Positions 11,235 to 22,678 of a stretch of DNA of 64,000 nt are shown here, in pieces. Made by a program: the position numbers and the translations under genes. Location of the stretch: the NCBI GenBank assembly GCA_963733295.1, contig CAVTCS010000003.1, positions 1,248,001-1,312,000 of the forward strand, read 5' to 3'. The DNA is from Vulcanimicrobiota bacterium (GTDB lineage: Bacteria > Vulcanimicrobiota > Vulcanimicrobiia > Vulcanimicrobiales > Vulcanimicrobiaceae). Each line of letters starts with the position of its first letter. The first letter of the stretch is position 1. The notes beneath the pieces were generated by a model. That model was not told where the DNA came from, ran no database searches, and was given only the letters and a program-made list of their open reading frames with translations.

Positions 11235-12752
11235 ATGCGGCCGGAGCGACCGAACGACCTTAATATTCGAGCCCTGCTGACGATCGCGACCTTCGGTGTC
11301 GCCGCCAGCGTCATTAGCGCCTGCGGCGGCTCGGCAAGCCCCGCGCAGCCCATTCTGGGCGGGGGTGGCCGGCCAACGCCCACGCCCCATGTCACGGTCA
11401 CGCCGACCGGTGGACCGTCGGTGACGCCATCGCCCACGCCGCCGCCCAGCAGCGGCGGCTCGGAAGCTGCCTGCGTGCTCACCGTGCCCGGCACCGGTAA
11501 GACCTATGCCTTCGTGCCGGCAAGCAGCGCGACCGACTCCCAGGGATACCCCGACAGCCTTGCCGAGGTGACGATCGCCACCGGTACGACGATCGCTTCG
11601 CACCTGCGTCCAATTGCGCCGCAGCAGCACGCTGCCCTCCAGCACGCTGCCCTGCCGCAGCACGCCACCCGCCGCTGGTACTCCCGAGAGTACCGCGGCA
11701 GGCTCCTCCACTACGCGGCGGACCCAATCTCGCCCCTCATTGGGCTGACCCCGGGGCCGTCTGAGTGCGGCGCCGATGCCACCCTTCAGAACCTCTATCT
11801 CATCAGCAACGGAACGATCTACCCGGCCAGCCCGATCGTCAACGTCGTCAACGTCAGCGCCTCGGCCGGGATGACGCAGACCGGGACGTTCACAACGGAC
11901 GCGACGATCGGGGTTTCATTCAGCGGAGGCACGTTCGACATCACGGGCGTCGTGTGGGATCCGGATGACTCATCGGTCCTGATCTCTTCGAGTACCGGCT
12001 ACGAGCTCTATAGCTCCACCGGCACGAAGATCAAGGGCGTCGCCGATAGCGCCGGACCGGCCGAGAACTTCGGTTACGATGCCGTAACCGACATCGTCTG
12101 GTCCCCCACCTATGCGACGGCTCCAGCCTCGATGAGCATCGTGAACATGAACAGCGGAAACGTTTACATGTTTGCGTCGCCCCCGCCGACCCTGGACGTG
12201 CCCGACTCGGGTGCAGTCGATCTGCAAACGAACGTCGCTATCTCTCCCGAAGAGGGACCGGGAATCGTGCACGTCCTGAACCTCGGCGCGCTGACCCTCG
12301 CCGGCAGCACGTTCACCGCGCCTGAAACCGAGTTCAACCTCGCGAACGTCGACCCGGGAGTCGGTACGTACGTACCGGCATCCGCAGTCGACTCCTTGGC
12401 ACACATTGGATTCCTCTCCGGAGAGTTCGGTACGATCGACTTCTGCGCGATCCAGTTACCGACGACCGCAGGCACCACTGCTCCGGTGGTGAGCGACTGG
12501 GTGTGTGCGAACTTCCCGAACACGCCGGACGCTCAACAATTCGCGTCCCCGTACGACCCGCACGCCACGTCGACGTTCGACCTGGGGACGGGCCACTACG
12601 GGCTGATGTTCAATCAGCAGGACAGCTACGTTGCGGTCGTCGACCTCAACAAGCTGCTGGCGGCACCGCGTGAAGCGTCGCCGTACCAGAACACGGTCAT
12701 GCCGACCTACGACCTGGTCGCGAACAACGTGGTCTTCTACATCCAGATCTAA
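11235..12752 (+). CDS. Beta-rich secreted lipoprotein of unknown function
   Basis: Lipobox ISAC, Pro/Thr linker and a Ser/Thr/Asn-rich beta-type body. AAGGAAAGGG SD upstream. Confidence 0.8.
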   Translation: MRPERPNDLNIRALLTIATFGVAASVISACGGSASPAQPILGGGGRPTPTPHVTVTPTGGPSVTPSPTPPPSSGGSEAACVLTVPGTGKTYAFVPASSATDSQGYPDSLAEVTIATGTTIASHLRPIAPQQHAALQHAALPQHATRRWYSREYRGRLLHYAADPISPLIGLTPGPSECGADATLQNLYLISNGTIYPASPIVNVVNVSASAGMTQTGTFTTDATIGVSFSGGTFDITGVVWDPDDSSVLISSSTGYELYSSTGTKIKGVADSAGPAENFGYDAVTDIVWSPTYATAPASMSIVNMNSGNVYMFASPPPTLDVPDSGAVDLQTNVAISPEEGPGIVHVLNLGALTLAGSTFTAPETEFNLANVDPGVGTYVPASAVDSLAHIGFLSGEFGTIDFCAIQLPTTAGTTAPVVSDWVCANFPNTPDAQQFASPYDPHATSTFDLGTGHYGLMFNQQDSYVAVVDLNKLLAAPREASPYQNTVMPTYDLVANNVVFYIQI

Positions 12753-12771
12753 CGACGAACGAGTCGTTAAC

Positions 12772-12810
12772 GAAAGGAGCGGCGGGAAACCCCCGTCGCT
12801 CCTTTCTTTT
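12772..12810. terminator. Intrinsic terminator between convergent genes (lipoprotein and rpsJ)
   Basis: GAAAGGAGCGGCGGG-AAACC-CCCGTCGCTCCTTTC-TTTT. Confidence 0.85.
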
Positions 12811-12840
12811 GGTCGATCGCGGTTTGGAGCCGAGCTCGTT

Positions 12841-13149
12841 CTAAGCCTTGAGTTCGATGTCCACGCCGGCCGGCAAGTCGAGGTGCATGAGCGCGTCCAT
12901 CGTCTTGGGCGAGGCCTGAAGGATGTCGATGAGCCGCTTGTGGGTGCGCATCTCGAAGTGCTCGCGGCTCTTCTTGTCGACGTGCGGCGACCGGTTCACG
13001 CAGAACCGGTTGATCTCGGTCGGCAGCGGAACCGGTCCGCTGACGAACGCGCCGGTGCGTTTCGCCGTATCGACGATCCGCTCCGCCGATTGATCGAGGA
13101 CCTTGTGGTCGTAGGCCTTCAGGCGGATGCGGATCTTCTGTTTTGCCAT
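12841..13149 (-). CDS. rpsJ: 30S ribosomal protein S10
   Basis: [18 protein letters not shown] and [18 protein letters not shown] motifs. Confidence 0.98.
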   Translation of the reverse strand: MAKQKIRIRLKAYDHKVLDQSAERIVDTAKRTGAFVSGPVPLPTEINRFCVNRSPHVDKKSREHFEMRTHKRLIDILQASPKTMDALMHLDLPAGVDIELKA

Positions 13150-13150
13150 G

Positions 13151-14353
<1,203 letters not shown>

Positions 14354-14396
14354 TTTTTCTTCTTACTTCCTTACGGCGCTGTGGTGATACGGCCGG

Positions 14397-16502
14397 CTAA
14401 ACGCCGACCGGCTTCTTGCCTTGAGCTTTGGCGACGATCTCTTCCTCGACGGACCTCGGCGCCTTTTCGTAGTGGTCGAACTCCATGGTGTACGTGGCGC
14501 GTCCCTGCGTCGCTGAACGCATGTCGGTCGCGTATCCGAACATTTCCGAGAGCGGAACGTTCGCCGTAATCGTGACCGCCGAGCCTGCGACCTCGTCGCT
14601 TGAGATGATCATACCGCGGCGCCGATTGAGGTCGCCGTTGATCGCGCCGAGGTAATCCTTCGGCGTCGTCACTTCGACTTTCATGATCGGCTCGAGCAAA
14701 ATGGGGCCTGCTGCCTGATTTGCCGCCTTGAACGCCATCGAACCTGCGATTTTGAAGGCCATTTCCGACGAGTCGACGTCGTGATAGCTGCCGTCGAAGA
14801 CCGTCGCCTTGATGTCCAAGACCGGATAACCGGCCAGGACGCCACTCTCCGACGCCTCGCGGATTCCCTCGGAAATCGCCTTTTGGTATTCCTTCGGGAT
14901 GGTGCCGCCCACGACGCCCCAAACGAACTGATAGCCGGCGTTCGTCTCGCCGGGTTCAAGCTTGAGCCAAACGTCGCCGTACTGACCCTTGCCGCCGGTT
15001 TGGCGGATGAACTTGCCTTGTTTTTCGACGGTCTTGGTGATCGCTTCTTTGTAGGCGACTTGCGGCTTGCCGACGTTCGCTTCGACTTTGAATTCGCGCT
15101 TAAGCCGGTCGAGGATGATCTCGAGGTGCAACTCGCCCATTCCGCCGATGATCGTCTGCTGCGTTTCGTCGTCGGTCCGCATGCGGAAGGTCGGATCTTC
15201 CTGAGCCAAGCGGCCCAGAGCCGTGCCGAGCTTGTCCTGATCGACCTTCGTCTTGGGTTCGATCGCTTGGAAGATGACCGGTTCCGGAAACGTGATCGAT
15301 TCCAGGATGATCGGCTTCTTCTCGTCGCACAGCGTGTCACCGGTGCGCGTATCGGTGAGACCGACCGCGGCCGCGATGTCGCCCGCGCCGATCGCATCGA
15401 TGTCCTCGCGGTGATTGGCGTGCATGCGCAAGATGCGGCCGATCCGCTCTTTCCGGCCGCTGCGCGCATTGTACACGTAGCTACCCTTTTCGAGCGTGCC
15501 GGAATAGACTCGGAAATACGTCAGGTTACCGTAAGGGTCGGTCGCGATCTTGAAAGCGAGCGCAGCGAACGGTTCTTTGTCGTCGGCCTTGCGTTCGATT
15601 TGCTTGTCGTGGTCGTTCGGATCCATGCCGTAGATCGGCTTTGCATCCGGCGGCGAAGGCAAGAAATCGACCACGGCATCGAGCAGCGGCTGGATGCCCT
15701 TGTTCTTGAAAGCCGAACCGCACAGCATCGGCAAAACCGAGCCGGCGATCGTGGCTTTGCGCAGCGCCGCCTTCAAACGCGGCACCGGCAATTCCTCACC
15801 TGCGAAGAACTTTTCGAGGAGCTCGTCGTCTTGCTCGGCGATCGCCTCGATTAAGGCTTGGCGCCACTTCATCGCAAGGTCGCGCAACTCGCCCGGTTCG
15901 ACTTCTTCCTCGGCCATGGTCGAGCCGGCATCGTCCGTGTAAACGACTTTCTTCATCGTGAAGAGGTCGACGACGCCTTTGAACTTATCCTCGGCTCCGA
16001 TAGGAACTTGAATCGGCGTCGCCGGCGCTCCAAGGCGCTCGCGAATCTTGTCGACGCAGTTGAAGAAATCGGCCCCGACCCGGTCCATCTTGTTGACGAA
16101 GATGACTCGCGGGACTTTGTACTTATTAGCCTGGCGCCAAACCGTCTCGGATTGGGGTTGGACGGCCGCGACCGAGTCGAACAGCGCCACGAGCCCGTCG
16201 AGGACGCGGAGGCTCCGTTCCACCTCCACCGTAAAGTCAACGTGGCCAGGCGTATCGATGATGTTGATGCGCGTGTCACGCCAGGTGCAGGCCGTCGCGG
16301 CGGACGTGATCGTAATGCCGCGCTCCTGCTCCTGAACCATCCAGTCCATCGTGGCAGCGCCGTCGTGGACTTCGCCGATCTTGTGCGTGCGGCCGGTGTA
16401 AAAGAGAATACGCTCGGTCGCGGTGGTTTTTCCCGCATCGATGTGCGCAGCAATTCCGATATTCCGAGTCCGCTCGAGCGGATACTCGCGTTGGAGTGCC
16501 AT
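14397..16502 (-). CDS. fusA: Elongation factor G
   Basis: [23 protein letters not shown] and GMGELHL motifs. Confidence 0.99.
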   Translation of the reverse strand: MALQREYPLERTRNIGIAAHIDAGKTTATERILFYTGRTHKIGEVHDGAATMDWMVQEQERGITITSAATACTWRDTRINIIDTPGHVDFTVEVERSLRVLDGLVALFDSVAAVQPQSETVWRQANKYKVPRVIFVNKMDRVGADFFNCVDKIRERLGAPATPIQVPIGAEDKFKGVVDLFTMKKVVYTDDAGSTMAEEEVEPGELRDLAMKWRQALIEAIAEQDDELLEKFFAGEELPVPRLKAALRKATIAGSVLPMLCGSAFKNKGIQPLLDAVVDFLPSPPDAKPIYGMDPNDHDKQIERKADDKEPFAALAFKIATDPYGNLTYFRVYSGTLEKGSYVYNARSGRKERIGRILRMHANHREDIDAIGAGDIAAAVGLTDTRTGDTLCDEKKPIILESITFPEPVIFQAIEPKTKVDQDKLGTALGRLAQEDPTFRMRTDDETQQTIIGGMGELHLEIILDRLKREFKVEANVGKPQVAYKEAITKTVEKQGKFIRQTGGKGQYGDVWLKLEPGETNAGYQFVWGVVGGTIPKEYQKAISEGIREASESGVLAGYPVLDIKATVFDGSYHDVDSSEMAFKIAGSMAFKAANQAAGPILLEPIMKVEVTTPKDYLGAINGDLNRRRGMIISSDEVAGSAVTITANVPLSEMFGYATDMRSATQGRATYTMEFDHYEKAPRSVEEEIVAKAQGKKPVGV

Positions 16503-16508
16503 GTCCGA

Positions 16509-16979
16509 TTACCAGCGATAATGCGCGAACGCTTTGTTTGCGTCGGCCATCTTATGCGTGTCTTCGCGCTTCTTCACGGTCGCGCCCAAGTTGTTGGCGG
16601 CATCCATGAGTTCGGCTGCGAGCTTCTCTTCCATCGAATGGCCCGGCCGCTTGCGCGCGTACTGAATCAACCAGCGCATGGCCATCGCCTGGCGCCGGTC
16701 GGGACGGACTTCCATCGGTACCTGATAGGTCGCACCGCCGACGCGGCGAGGACGGACTTCGACCAGCGGCATGGCGTTGCCGAGCGCTTGCGTGAAGACG
16801 TCCATGGGATCGCGGCCCATCTTCTCCTGAACGATGTTCAGCGCATCATAGGTAATGCGCTCGGCAGTCGATTTCTTGCCGGCGAGCATGACCTTATTGA
16901 TGAAGCGCGCGAGAACTTTGGAGTTGAAGCGCGGATCGGGCAAAATTTGCCGTTTCGGGACGGCGCCCTTACGTGGCAT
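16509..16979 (-). CDS. rpsG: 30S ribosomal protein S7
   Basis: [11 protein letters not shown] and [15 protein letters not shown] motifs. Confidence 0.98.
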   Translation of the reverse strand: MPRKGAVPKRQILPDPRFNSKVLARFINKVMLAGKKSTAERITYDALNIVQEKMGRDPMDVFTQALGNAMPLVEVRPRRVGGATYQVPMEVRPDRRQAMAMRWLIQYARKRPGHSMEEKLAAELMDAANNLGATVKKREDTHKMADANKAFAHYRW

Positions 16980-16994
16980 CTGCGGAAACTTCCC

Positions 16995-17435
16995 TTACTT
17001 TTTGGCGGAGCGCTTGGCCCCGTACTTCGAGCGGCCTTGCTTGCGGTTCGCGACACCTGAGGTGTCGAGCGTACCGCGGATGATGTGATAGCGGATACCG
17101 GGCAAATCTTTGACGCGCCCACCGCGGATCAGCACCACGGAATGCTCCTGCAGATTGTGGCCTACGCCTGGAATGTACGCCGTTACTTCTTCACCGTTGG
17201 TCAGCCGCACGCGCGCGACTTTGCGCAACGCCGAATTCGGCTTCTTGGGCGTGATCGTCTTGACTTGCGTGCAAACCCCGCGGCGAAACGGATTGCCGCG
17301 CACTTCGAAGGTACGTAAGGGCAGGTCGGGGTGACCCGGCTTGGGGCCCGTCTGGGCCACACGAAGCGCCGGCGCCTTGACCTTTTTTTCGATTTTCTGA
17401 CGTCCCTTACGGACGAGCTGACTGATGGTCGGCAC
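16995..17435 (-). CDS. rpsL: 30S ribosomal protein S12
   Basis: (M)[20 protein letters not shown] and GGRVKDLPG motifs. GTG start at 17435 after GGAGAG. Confidence 0.98.
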   Translation of the reverse strand: MPTISQLVRKGRQKIEKKVKAPALRVAQTGPKPGHPDLPLRTFEVRGNPFRRGVCTQVKTITPKKPNSALRKVARVRLTNGEEVTAYIPGVGHNLQEHSVVLIRGGRVKDLPGIRYHIIRGTLDTSGVANRKQGRSKYGAKRSAKK

Positions 17436-17515
17436 GCACTCTCCATGCAACGGCATCTCCTCGCAGAGACGCACACACAAATTCCGCCCCACCGCCGGTG
17501 GGCCGGAACCTCCGG

Positions 17516-17545
17516 ATTGTAGCAGGTTCCGGACAAAGGCGTCAA
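17516..17545 (-). promoter_or_regulatory. Sigma70-type promoter of the str operon
   Basis: TTGACG-18 nt-TACAAT on the minus strand. Confidence 0.75.
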
Positions 17546-17569
17546 TGCAAAATGGGTGCTCGCACCGCC

Positions 17570-17755
17570 CTACGCGCAGACGCTCCCCACGCACGGTCCA
17601 AAACCCCGAAAACGCGGTCCGCGTTTCCGCTCCAAGACCGCCGCTTCTCCCAACGCCGTCAAGCTGTAGCGGATCTCTTCCGGCTCGTCGTTCGGCTCCC
17701 AGGCCGCTTCGGCGCTTTCTCCCGGCTCCGAGCCGGGCGATCGTCTGTCGTCCAT
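17570..17755 (-). CDS. Small hypothetical protein (61 aa)
   Basis: ATG after AGAAAGGGAAG. Contains the YSLTALGEA motif. Confidence 0.55.
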   Translation of the reverse strand: MDDRRSPGSEPGESAEAAWEPNDEPEEIRYSLTALGEAAVLERKRGPRFRGFGPCVGSVCA

Positions 17756-17992
17756 TGCTTCCCTTCTTTCCTGTCTGAGCCTCAGGATAGGCCCGCAGGG
17801 TGCCAGCATAGTGGCACAGCGTCCCCGGGTCGGGCCGGAAAAAGCTGAGCCAAAACCTACCTCCAAGGCCTCGGCTCCTAGGAAAGCTGACGAGCGAGAG
17901 GGGGCGCCGCTCTCGCGAGGTCGCCGCAGGCGTCAGCCGAGCGAGCGGTGGCGGCCGCAAGGCGTCGAAATTCGTCCATCGGAGGATTTGGA

Positions 17993-18805
17993 ATGCGCCT
18001 GACCACCGCCCAGCTTGAGGACTTCGACCGCGACGGGTTCGTTCGTTTCGAAAACCTTTTCTCGCAGGCTGAAATCGAGACGCTGCGTTCCGAGCTCAAT
18101 CGCATTTCCATGGTCGACGATCCCTCGATCATTCGCGAGCGAAACGGCGCACTTCGCACGGTCTATCGCTCGCACGAAACGGACGGAGCGACCCGCTCGC
18201 ACGCGTTTCGTGCGCTGGCCTGTTCGCCGCGTTTCCTCGAGCCTGCCCGCCAAGTCTTGCGCGACGAAGAGCTGTACATCTATCACAGCAAGTGCAACAT
18301 CAAGACGGCGATCGACGGTACGGTGTGGCTCTGGCACCAAGACTACGGCTACTGGCAGCACGACGGCGTGCCGACCTCGAACATGGCCACCTACCTCGTG
18401 ATGCTCGACGAAGCGACGGAACTGGGTGGCTGTCTGTACTTCATTCCGGGCAGTCACAAACTGCCGGTGCTACCGGCCTCCAAAGACGAAACGACGACGT
18501 CCTACCCGCAGTGGGCGATCCACAAGGAAGAGATGCGCTCGCTTCTGCGCCGCTCACCGGAGCCGGTCGCGATCAGCGGCGGCCCGGGCACGGCGGTCCT
18601 CTTCCACTGCAAGATCGTCCATTCGTCGGGCCACAATCTGTCCGCCAACGATCGCTGGCACGTTTACATGGCTTACAATCCGACGCGCAATCATCCGGAT
18701 CCGATCCCGCCGAATCCCCGTCCGGACTACGTCGTCTCGAGGAACTACAAGCCGCTGGAGATCATGCCGGACGACGCGATTCTCAAGTCGCCGGTGAGCG
18801 TTTAG
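17993..18805 (+). CDS. Fe(II)/2-oxoglutarate dioxygenase, phytanoyl-CoA dioxygenase (PhyH) family
   Basis: FDRDGF, WHQD (HxD), FIPGSH and distal IVHSSGHN...R motifs. GGAGG SD. Confidence 0.88.
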   Translation: MRLTTAQLEDFDRDGFVRFENLFSQAEIETLRSELNRISMVDDPSIIRERNGALRTVYRSHETDGATRSHAFRALACSPRFLEPARQVLRDEELYIYHSKCNIKTAIDGTVWLWHQDYGYWQHDGVPTSNMATYLVMLDEATELGGCLYFIPGSHKLPVLPASKDETTTSYPQWAIHKEEMRSLLRRSPEPVAISGGPGTAVLFHCKIVHSSGHNLSANDRWHVYMAYNPTRNHPDPIPPNPRPDYVVSRNYKPLEIMPDDAILKSPVSV

Positions 18806-18821
18806 CAACCCCGGACCGGCG

Positions 18822-19481
18822 TTAGTAGCGCAACTCCGCCGAGGCGATGGTTCGGCCACCTTCGCGCAAGTTGACGGCGCTCGCGCGCACGCCCGCGAAG
18901 AGCGACGCCACCGCGCCATCTGAGACGAGCGGACCGAGATCGCGTTCGACGCCGTTTACCGTAGCCACGACCCGCACGCCGGACGGCGGGCGGTCGGCGA
19001 GAACGTAAATCCAACCGCCGTCGCGCGCGTACAGAACCTTCGCGGAGACCGCATCTTGCGGAGCCGACGTCATCGTGACGTGGAGGAAATGCCCGTGCAC
19101 GACGTGCGTCAAGGCCGCGTCTTCCTGCGCGAGGTCGCCGCGTATCTGCTGATTTTGAACGAGCGTCCCGCCGAGCGCGAATACGAGCACCGCCGCCGCT
19201 GCGAGCGGCGCGAGCGCGCGCAGTTTGGGAAACGAACTGCGCGCCCGAGTCCGTTCAGCGGGGCCGGCCAGCGAACTCGCCAATCGGGCGCCGAGCGACG
19301 CCGGCGGCCGCGCGCGGGGAATTGCCGCCGTTAGGGACGCGACGGTCTCTTCGGCCGCACCGACGAGCCGCGTGCATTCATCGCAGGCCGCTACATGTGC
19401 GTCGACAGCGGCGCGTTCGGCGTCGTCCAGCATTCCGAGCGCGTACGCCTCGACCTGCTCCTGCACGTGCGCGCCGTTCAC
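18822..19481 (-). CDS. Anti-sigma factor (zinc-finger HxxxCxxC plus TM, RskA-like)
   Basis: AYALGML..., HVAACDEC and a TM segment. GTGA overlap with the sigma factor stop. Confidence 0.88.
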   Translation of the reverse strand: MNGAHVQEQVEAYALGMLDDAERAAVDAHVAACDECTRLVGAAEETVASLTAAIPRARPPASLGARLASSLAGPAERTRARSSFPKLRALAPLAAAAVLVFALGGTLVQNQQIRGDLAQEDAALTHVVHGHFLHVTMTSAPQDAVSAKVLYARDGGWIYVLADRPPSGVRVVATVNGVERDLGPLVSDGAVASLFAGVRASAVNLREGGRTIASAELRY

Positions 19482-20044
19482 GAACGGTAATCCATGCGGA
19501 GATCGTCCTTGAGCTTGCGCATTGCAAGCATGACCCGGCTCTTCACCGTCCCGAGCGGCACGTCCAACTTTTCGGCGATCTCCCGCTGCGAGAGGTTCTC
19601 GAAGTACGCGCTCTCCAACGCCACGCGTTGTTCCGGCGGCAGCCTTCCGAGCGCCGCCCGCACGCGCGCGGCCTCGACCGGATCGACCACGAACGGGTCG
19701 GCATCCGGCACCGGCTCGAGTCGAAAGGCTTTCTTTTCGCGCTCGAGCCGCCGGCCCGCGCTGCGCATGCGGCTCATCGCTTCGTTGCGAACGCAGACGA
19801 TGAGAAACGCGCGCAACGAGCCGCGCTCGAGCCGGAAGGAACCCGGAGTCTGCCAGACTCGGATCAGCGCGTCGTGCACGCAATCCTCGGCGTCTGCGGC
19901 GTTTCGCAAAACGGCGCGTGCGACCGAATACAGCTCGACCGCGTAGCTCTCGTACGCGATTCCGAGAGCGGCCGGCCGGCGCGCGATGAAGCCGGCCGCG
20001 AGCGCCTGGGGGTCCGCGTCCATTCCGGCTGGCTTCTGCGGCAC
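19478..20044 (-). CDS. ECF RNA polymerase sigma factor (SigK-like)
   Basis: DAEDCVHDA (region 2) and SQREIAEKLDVPLGTVKSR (region 4). Confidence 0.92.
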   Translation of the reverse strand: MPQKPAGMDADPQALAAGFIARRPAALGIAYESYAVELYSVARAVLRNAADAEDCVHDALIRVWQTPGSFRLERGSLRAFLIVCVRNEAMSRMRSAGRRLEREKKAFRLEPVPDADPFVVDPVEAARVRAALGRLPPEQRVALESAYFENLSQREIAEKLDVPLGTVKSRVMLAMRKLKDDLRMDYRS

Positions 20045-20050
20045 CGCAAC

Positions 20051-20935
20051 TTATCCCAGCGCATACTCTTGGACGAGCGAACCCGCAGCGCTAAGAGCAA
20101 CCGTTCGATAACCCAATTCGCCGAGCAGATGGTCGGGCGGTACTACGAGGGGTCCGGGTTTATCGGCGGTGCCGGGTTTCGGCTGCGGATACGCGGTCGA
20201 GTGGGCGGTGTAGAAGCGGATGTTTCCTTCGGTATGCTCCATGACTTGATGGATGTGGCCATTCAGCACCGTGACGCTCGAGAAGGGCTGGAGCAGCGCA
20301 AGTGCCTTGTTGCCGTCAGCGGTTTCCCAGCCCCAAGCCGGGAACAGCGCGTAAAGCGGCACGTGGCCGAAAACGACGATCGGAGTGGTCCGCTTTTGCG
20401 CGGCGAGATCCGTCTTGAGCCAGTCGATCTGATCCTGCCCGAGGAGCCCGTTCTTCTCGAAATTGAACACGTTGACGAGCGCCACGAAGTGCACGCCCTG
20501 CATGTCGAACGAGAACCATGGGGTTTTGCTGTCCTTGCGCGCGAACGCCGCAAAGAACGCCTTGCCTTCATCACCGATGAAGTCGTGTTCGCCGGGAATC
20601 ACAACCAACGGCGCCTTCAGACTCGCTAGGAGATTTTTGGCTGCATCGAACTGAGCGGGCTTCGAGAGGTGCGTGACGTCGCCGGTGTGGATGACGAAGG
20701 CCGGCTGGACCTGCATCGCGTTGATACGCTCGATCGCCATTTGGAACGTATCCGCGACGTGGTCGTTGGCCGGCTGATTGAAACCGATGTGGCTGTCGCT
20801 GATCTGAACGAAACTGAAGGCTCCAGCTGGAACGTCGGCCAGAGCGGTGGCGCGCAGCGTTCCGACGCCTGACAAAGTGAAGGCAATGCCCGCACCCGTC
20901 CAACCGACGTGCTCGAGAAAGTCGCGACGTTGCAT
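20051..20935 (-). CDS. Tat-exported metallophosphoesterase (calcineurin-like/CpdA-like)
   Basis: Tat motif RRDFL plus DSH, HTGD, PGEHD and GHIH motifs. Confidence 0.88.
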   Translation of the reverse strand: MQRRDFLEHVGWTGAGIAFTLSGVGTLRATALADVPAGAFSFVQISDSHIGFNQPANDHVADTFQMAIERINAMQVQPAFVIHTGDVTHLSKPAQFDAAKNLLASLKAPLVVIPGEHDFIGDEGKAFFAAFARKDSKTPWFSFDMQGVHFVALVNVFNFEKNGLLGQDQIDWLKTDLAAQKRTTPIVVFGHVPLYALFPAWGWETADGNKALALLQPFSSVTVLNGHIHQVMEHTEGNIRFYTAHSTAYPQPKPGTADKPGPLVVPPDHLLGELGYRTVALSAAGSLVQEYALG

Positions 20936-20936
20936 G

Positions 20937-21266
20937 TTAGCTCCCTGCTTTCTGCTCGACCGGGATGACGACGACGACGCCTTTCATGTACGGATGGAGA
21001 GCGCAAAAGTACGCGTACTTCCCGGGTTGCGTGAAGGTGTGCGTCCAACTCTGATGCGCGTCGAGGCCGCCCGAGTCGAACGATTTATCGGTCGCGGTGA
21101 CGGTGTGCGCGTCGGAGTCGTCGTTGACGAACTGGACCGCGTCTCCCGCGTGGACGGTGACCGTCGCATCGTGAAAAGCGTAGTCGTGCATGTGCACGAC
21201 GACGGCGGGTGCCGGGCTCGCGGAGGCGAGCGCCGCGAGTAGGAAGGCCGAGAAAATGATGTTCAT
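20937..21266 (-). CDS. Cupredoxin (plastocyanin/amicyanin-like blue copper protein)
   Basis: Signal peptide, AHTVT and YFCALHPYMKG copper-ligand motif. Confidence 0.9.
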   Translation of the reverse strand: MNIIFSAFLLAALASASPAPAVVVHMHDYAFHDATVTVHAGDAVQFVNDDSDAHTVTATDKSFDSGGLDAHQSWTHTFTQPGKYAYFCALHPYMKGVVVVIPVEQKAGS

Positions 21267-21274
21267 GACCGTCG

Positions 21275-21301
21275 TACGCCGCCGCCACCCAGGGTGGATT
21301 A
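21275..21301 (-). promoter_or_regulatory. Candidate ECF-sigma promoter for the cupredoxin operon
   Basis: TAATCC-17 nt-CGTA, 8 nt before ATG 21266. Confidence 0.6.
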
Positions 21302-21388
21302 GTCTTGGGGCTTCCGCACGAACAAAAGCCGGAACGACCGCGAGGAATCTCCCGGCCGTCCTTGTCTCTCCGGCAACCGTCATGCGGC

Positions 21389-21712
21389 TCAGTTTGTGTG
21401 AAGCGGGGGTCCTTGGCTCTCCAGTGCTCTCTCCGCTGCGGCATTTTCTTGCTCGATCGTGAGCGGTACGACGTCGTCGAAAGCCCGCCGTATCTGTGGT
21501 TCAAAAGGCGCGCCTCCGATGCGTGCCGGCGCGCTGCTCGACAGGATGGCCACGTATTCGGCAACCACTTTTCCGGTCTGCGCGTCGATGAGCACCAAGC
21601 GGCTTCCGGGCGTCGTTACGCGCTGCACCGTGACGCTCGTCGTCTCGGCACTTGCGGCCGCTGCGCTTCCGAGCATTACGAGAAGCGTCAGCGTTGAAAT
21701 TATGCGTCTCAT
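21389..21712 (-). CDS. Secreted hypothetical protein (107 aa)
   Basis: Signal peptide MRRIISTLTLLVMLGSAAAASA and SD AAGGA. Confidence 0.7.
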   Translation of the reverse strand: MRRIISTLTLLVMLGSAAAASAETTSVTVQRVTTPGSRLVLIDAQTGKVVAEYVAILSSSAPARIGGAPFEPQIRRAFDDVVPLTIEQENAAAERALESQGPPLHTN

Positions 21713-21770
21713 GGAAGTTTCGTCCTTCTGTTAGCGATCGTGAGCATCGAATGATGCTCATCGACCAATC

Positions 21771-21797
21771 TACGACGCCGAACCCAACGTCGGATGA
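21771..21797 (-). promoter_or_regulatory. Second candidate ECF-sigma promoter
   Basis: TCATCC-17 nt-CGTA, same geometry as 21275-21301. Confidence 0.6.
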
Positions 21798-21827
21798 GTG
21801 GAGGACGATATTTTGCGCGTCGATTCT

Positions 21828-21913
21828 AGCGTGCTAGTTCGCGGGCTACTCGATTTGATCGGGTGGTGGGCCGTCGGGAACGCCGCTGCGTGCGGGTCGA
21901 CACTCCATACCTG
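21828..21913. repeat. Degenerate copy of 23521-23609 (3' end of the GDPH-protein gene)
   Basis: Shared blocks CTAGTTCGCG, CTCGATTTGATCGG, ACGCCGCTGCGT and CCATACCTG, in the same order and orientation. Confidence 0.8.
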
Positions 21914-21940
21914 CGCGCGTCGCTCGTCCCGAGCATGTAG

Positions 21941-22389
21941 TTATGGCTCTCGAGGTTGAGTCTGCGGAGTTTCGTCATTGGAAGCGGCCTTGAGCCCAGC
22001 CGCGTTTTCTCGAATCGACTTAGCCTCGCGCATCATTTCGAGCTCGGGCAGCACCTGAAGGTCGCGCAGCCGGCGCAGGAAGGCCTTCGATTGGATAATT
22101 CCCGAAAGTGAGAGGATCTGGAATTTGCGCTCGCCGATCTGCGCCCAGTCCGACAGCGCCGCGACCTTCTCAAAGCTACACCTTCGACCCGGAAGCGCGG
22201 TTGCACGCCGTTGAGGGCGCGCGCGATACGCACCATGTTGTCCGGATCGCGCCGGCAGCAAACGTCGACGTCTTCGGTGACGTAGGCGCTCCCGTGCAGG
22301 GCGACCGCCGCGCCGCCCACCAGCACGTACTCGACGCGCTGACGATCGAGAAGGTCGAGGACCTGCGTAATTGCGTTGTCCTCGGCCAT
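21941..22389 (-). pseudogene. Nucleotidyltransferase-fold gene, frameshifted and probably internally deleted
   Basis: N-terminal half (VLVGGAAVALHG...TEDVD) and C-terminal half (LSLSGIIQSK...RLRDLQVLPEL) are in different frames, joined near 22178. Confidence 0.7.
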
Positions 22390-22395
22390 CGTCGG

Positions 22396-22614
22396 TTACT
22401 GGGTCCGCTGTTTGCGCATACGCGCGACCGATTGTGCGTTGCGAATTATGCGGCCAGCGTGCTCGAGCCGCTCCTCTGCCGTGAGGGCGAACATGTTGTG
22501 AAACGTGATGCTGGGATCGATGCCATACGCAATCGCGCGCGCGAGCGCACTCCCGGGGGGCGGGGACAGCCAGTACCTGCGGAAGCGCGCCTCTGCCTCT
22601 TCCCTCTCGTCCAC
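22396..22614 (-). CDS. Small protein preceding the nucleotidyltransferase (antitoxin-like partner)
   Basis: 72 aa with GIDPS...ALTAEERL, ending 6 nt upstream of the NTase start. Confidence 0.6.
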   Translation of the reverse strand: MDEREEAEARFRRYWLSPPPGSALARAIAYGIDPSITFHNMFALTAEERLEHAGRIIRNAQSVARMRKQRTQ

Positions 22615-22678
22615 GTCTCAAATATATCACATATCGGTGGACTAAGGTTTGGGTTCGGACGCGTTGCGAACCGCGACG

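Noticed and set aside
11622..11665. Short CAGCACGCTGCCCT tandem duplication (QHAAL x2)
   Set aside because: An in-frame slippage in a linker region with no evidence of function.
17993..18805. Ectoine hydroxylase ectD
   Set aside because: The motif is WHQDYGYW rather than the EctD-type WHSDFETW, and there is no ectABC nearby. Left at family level.
22170..22190. Programmed frameshift in the nucleotidyltransferase
   Set aside because: There is no slippery heptamer, and the central segment seems to be missing, so a deletion is more likely.
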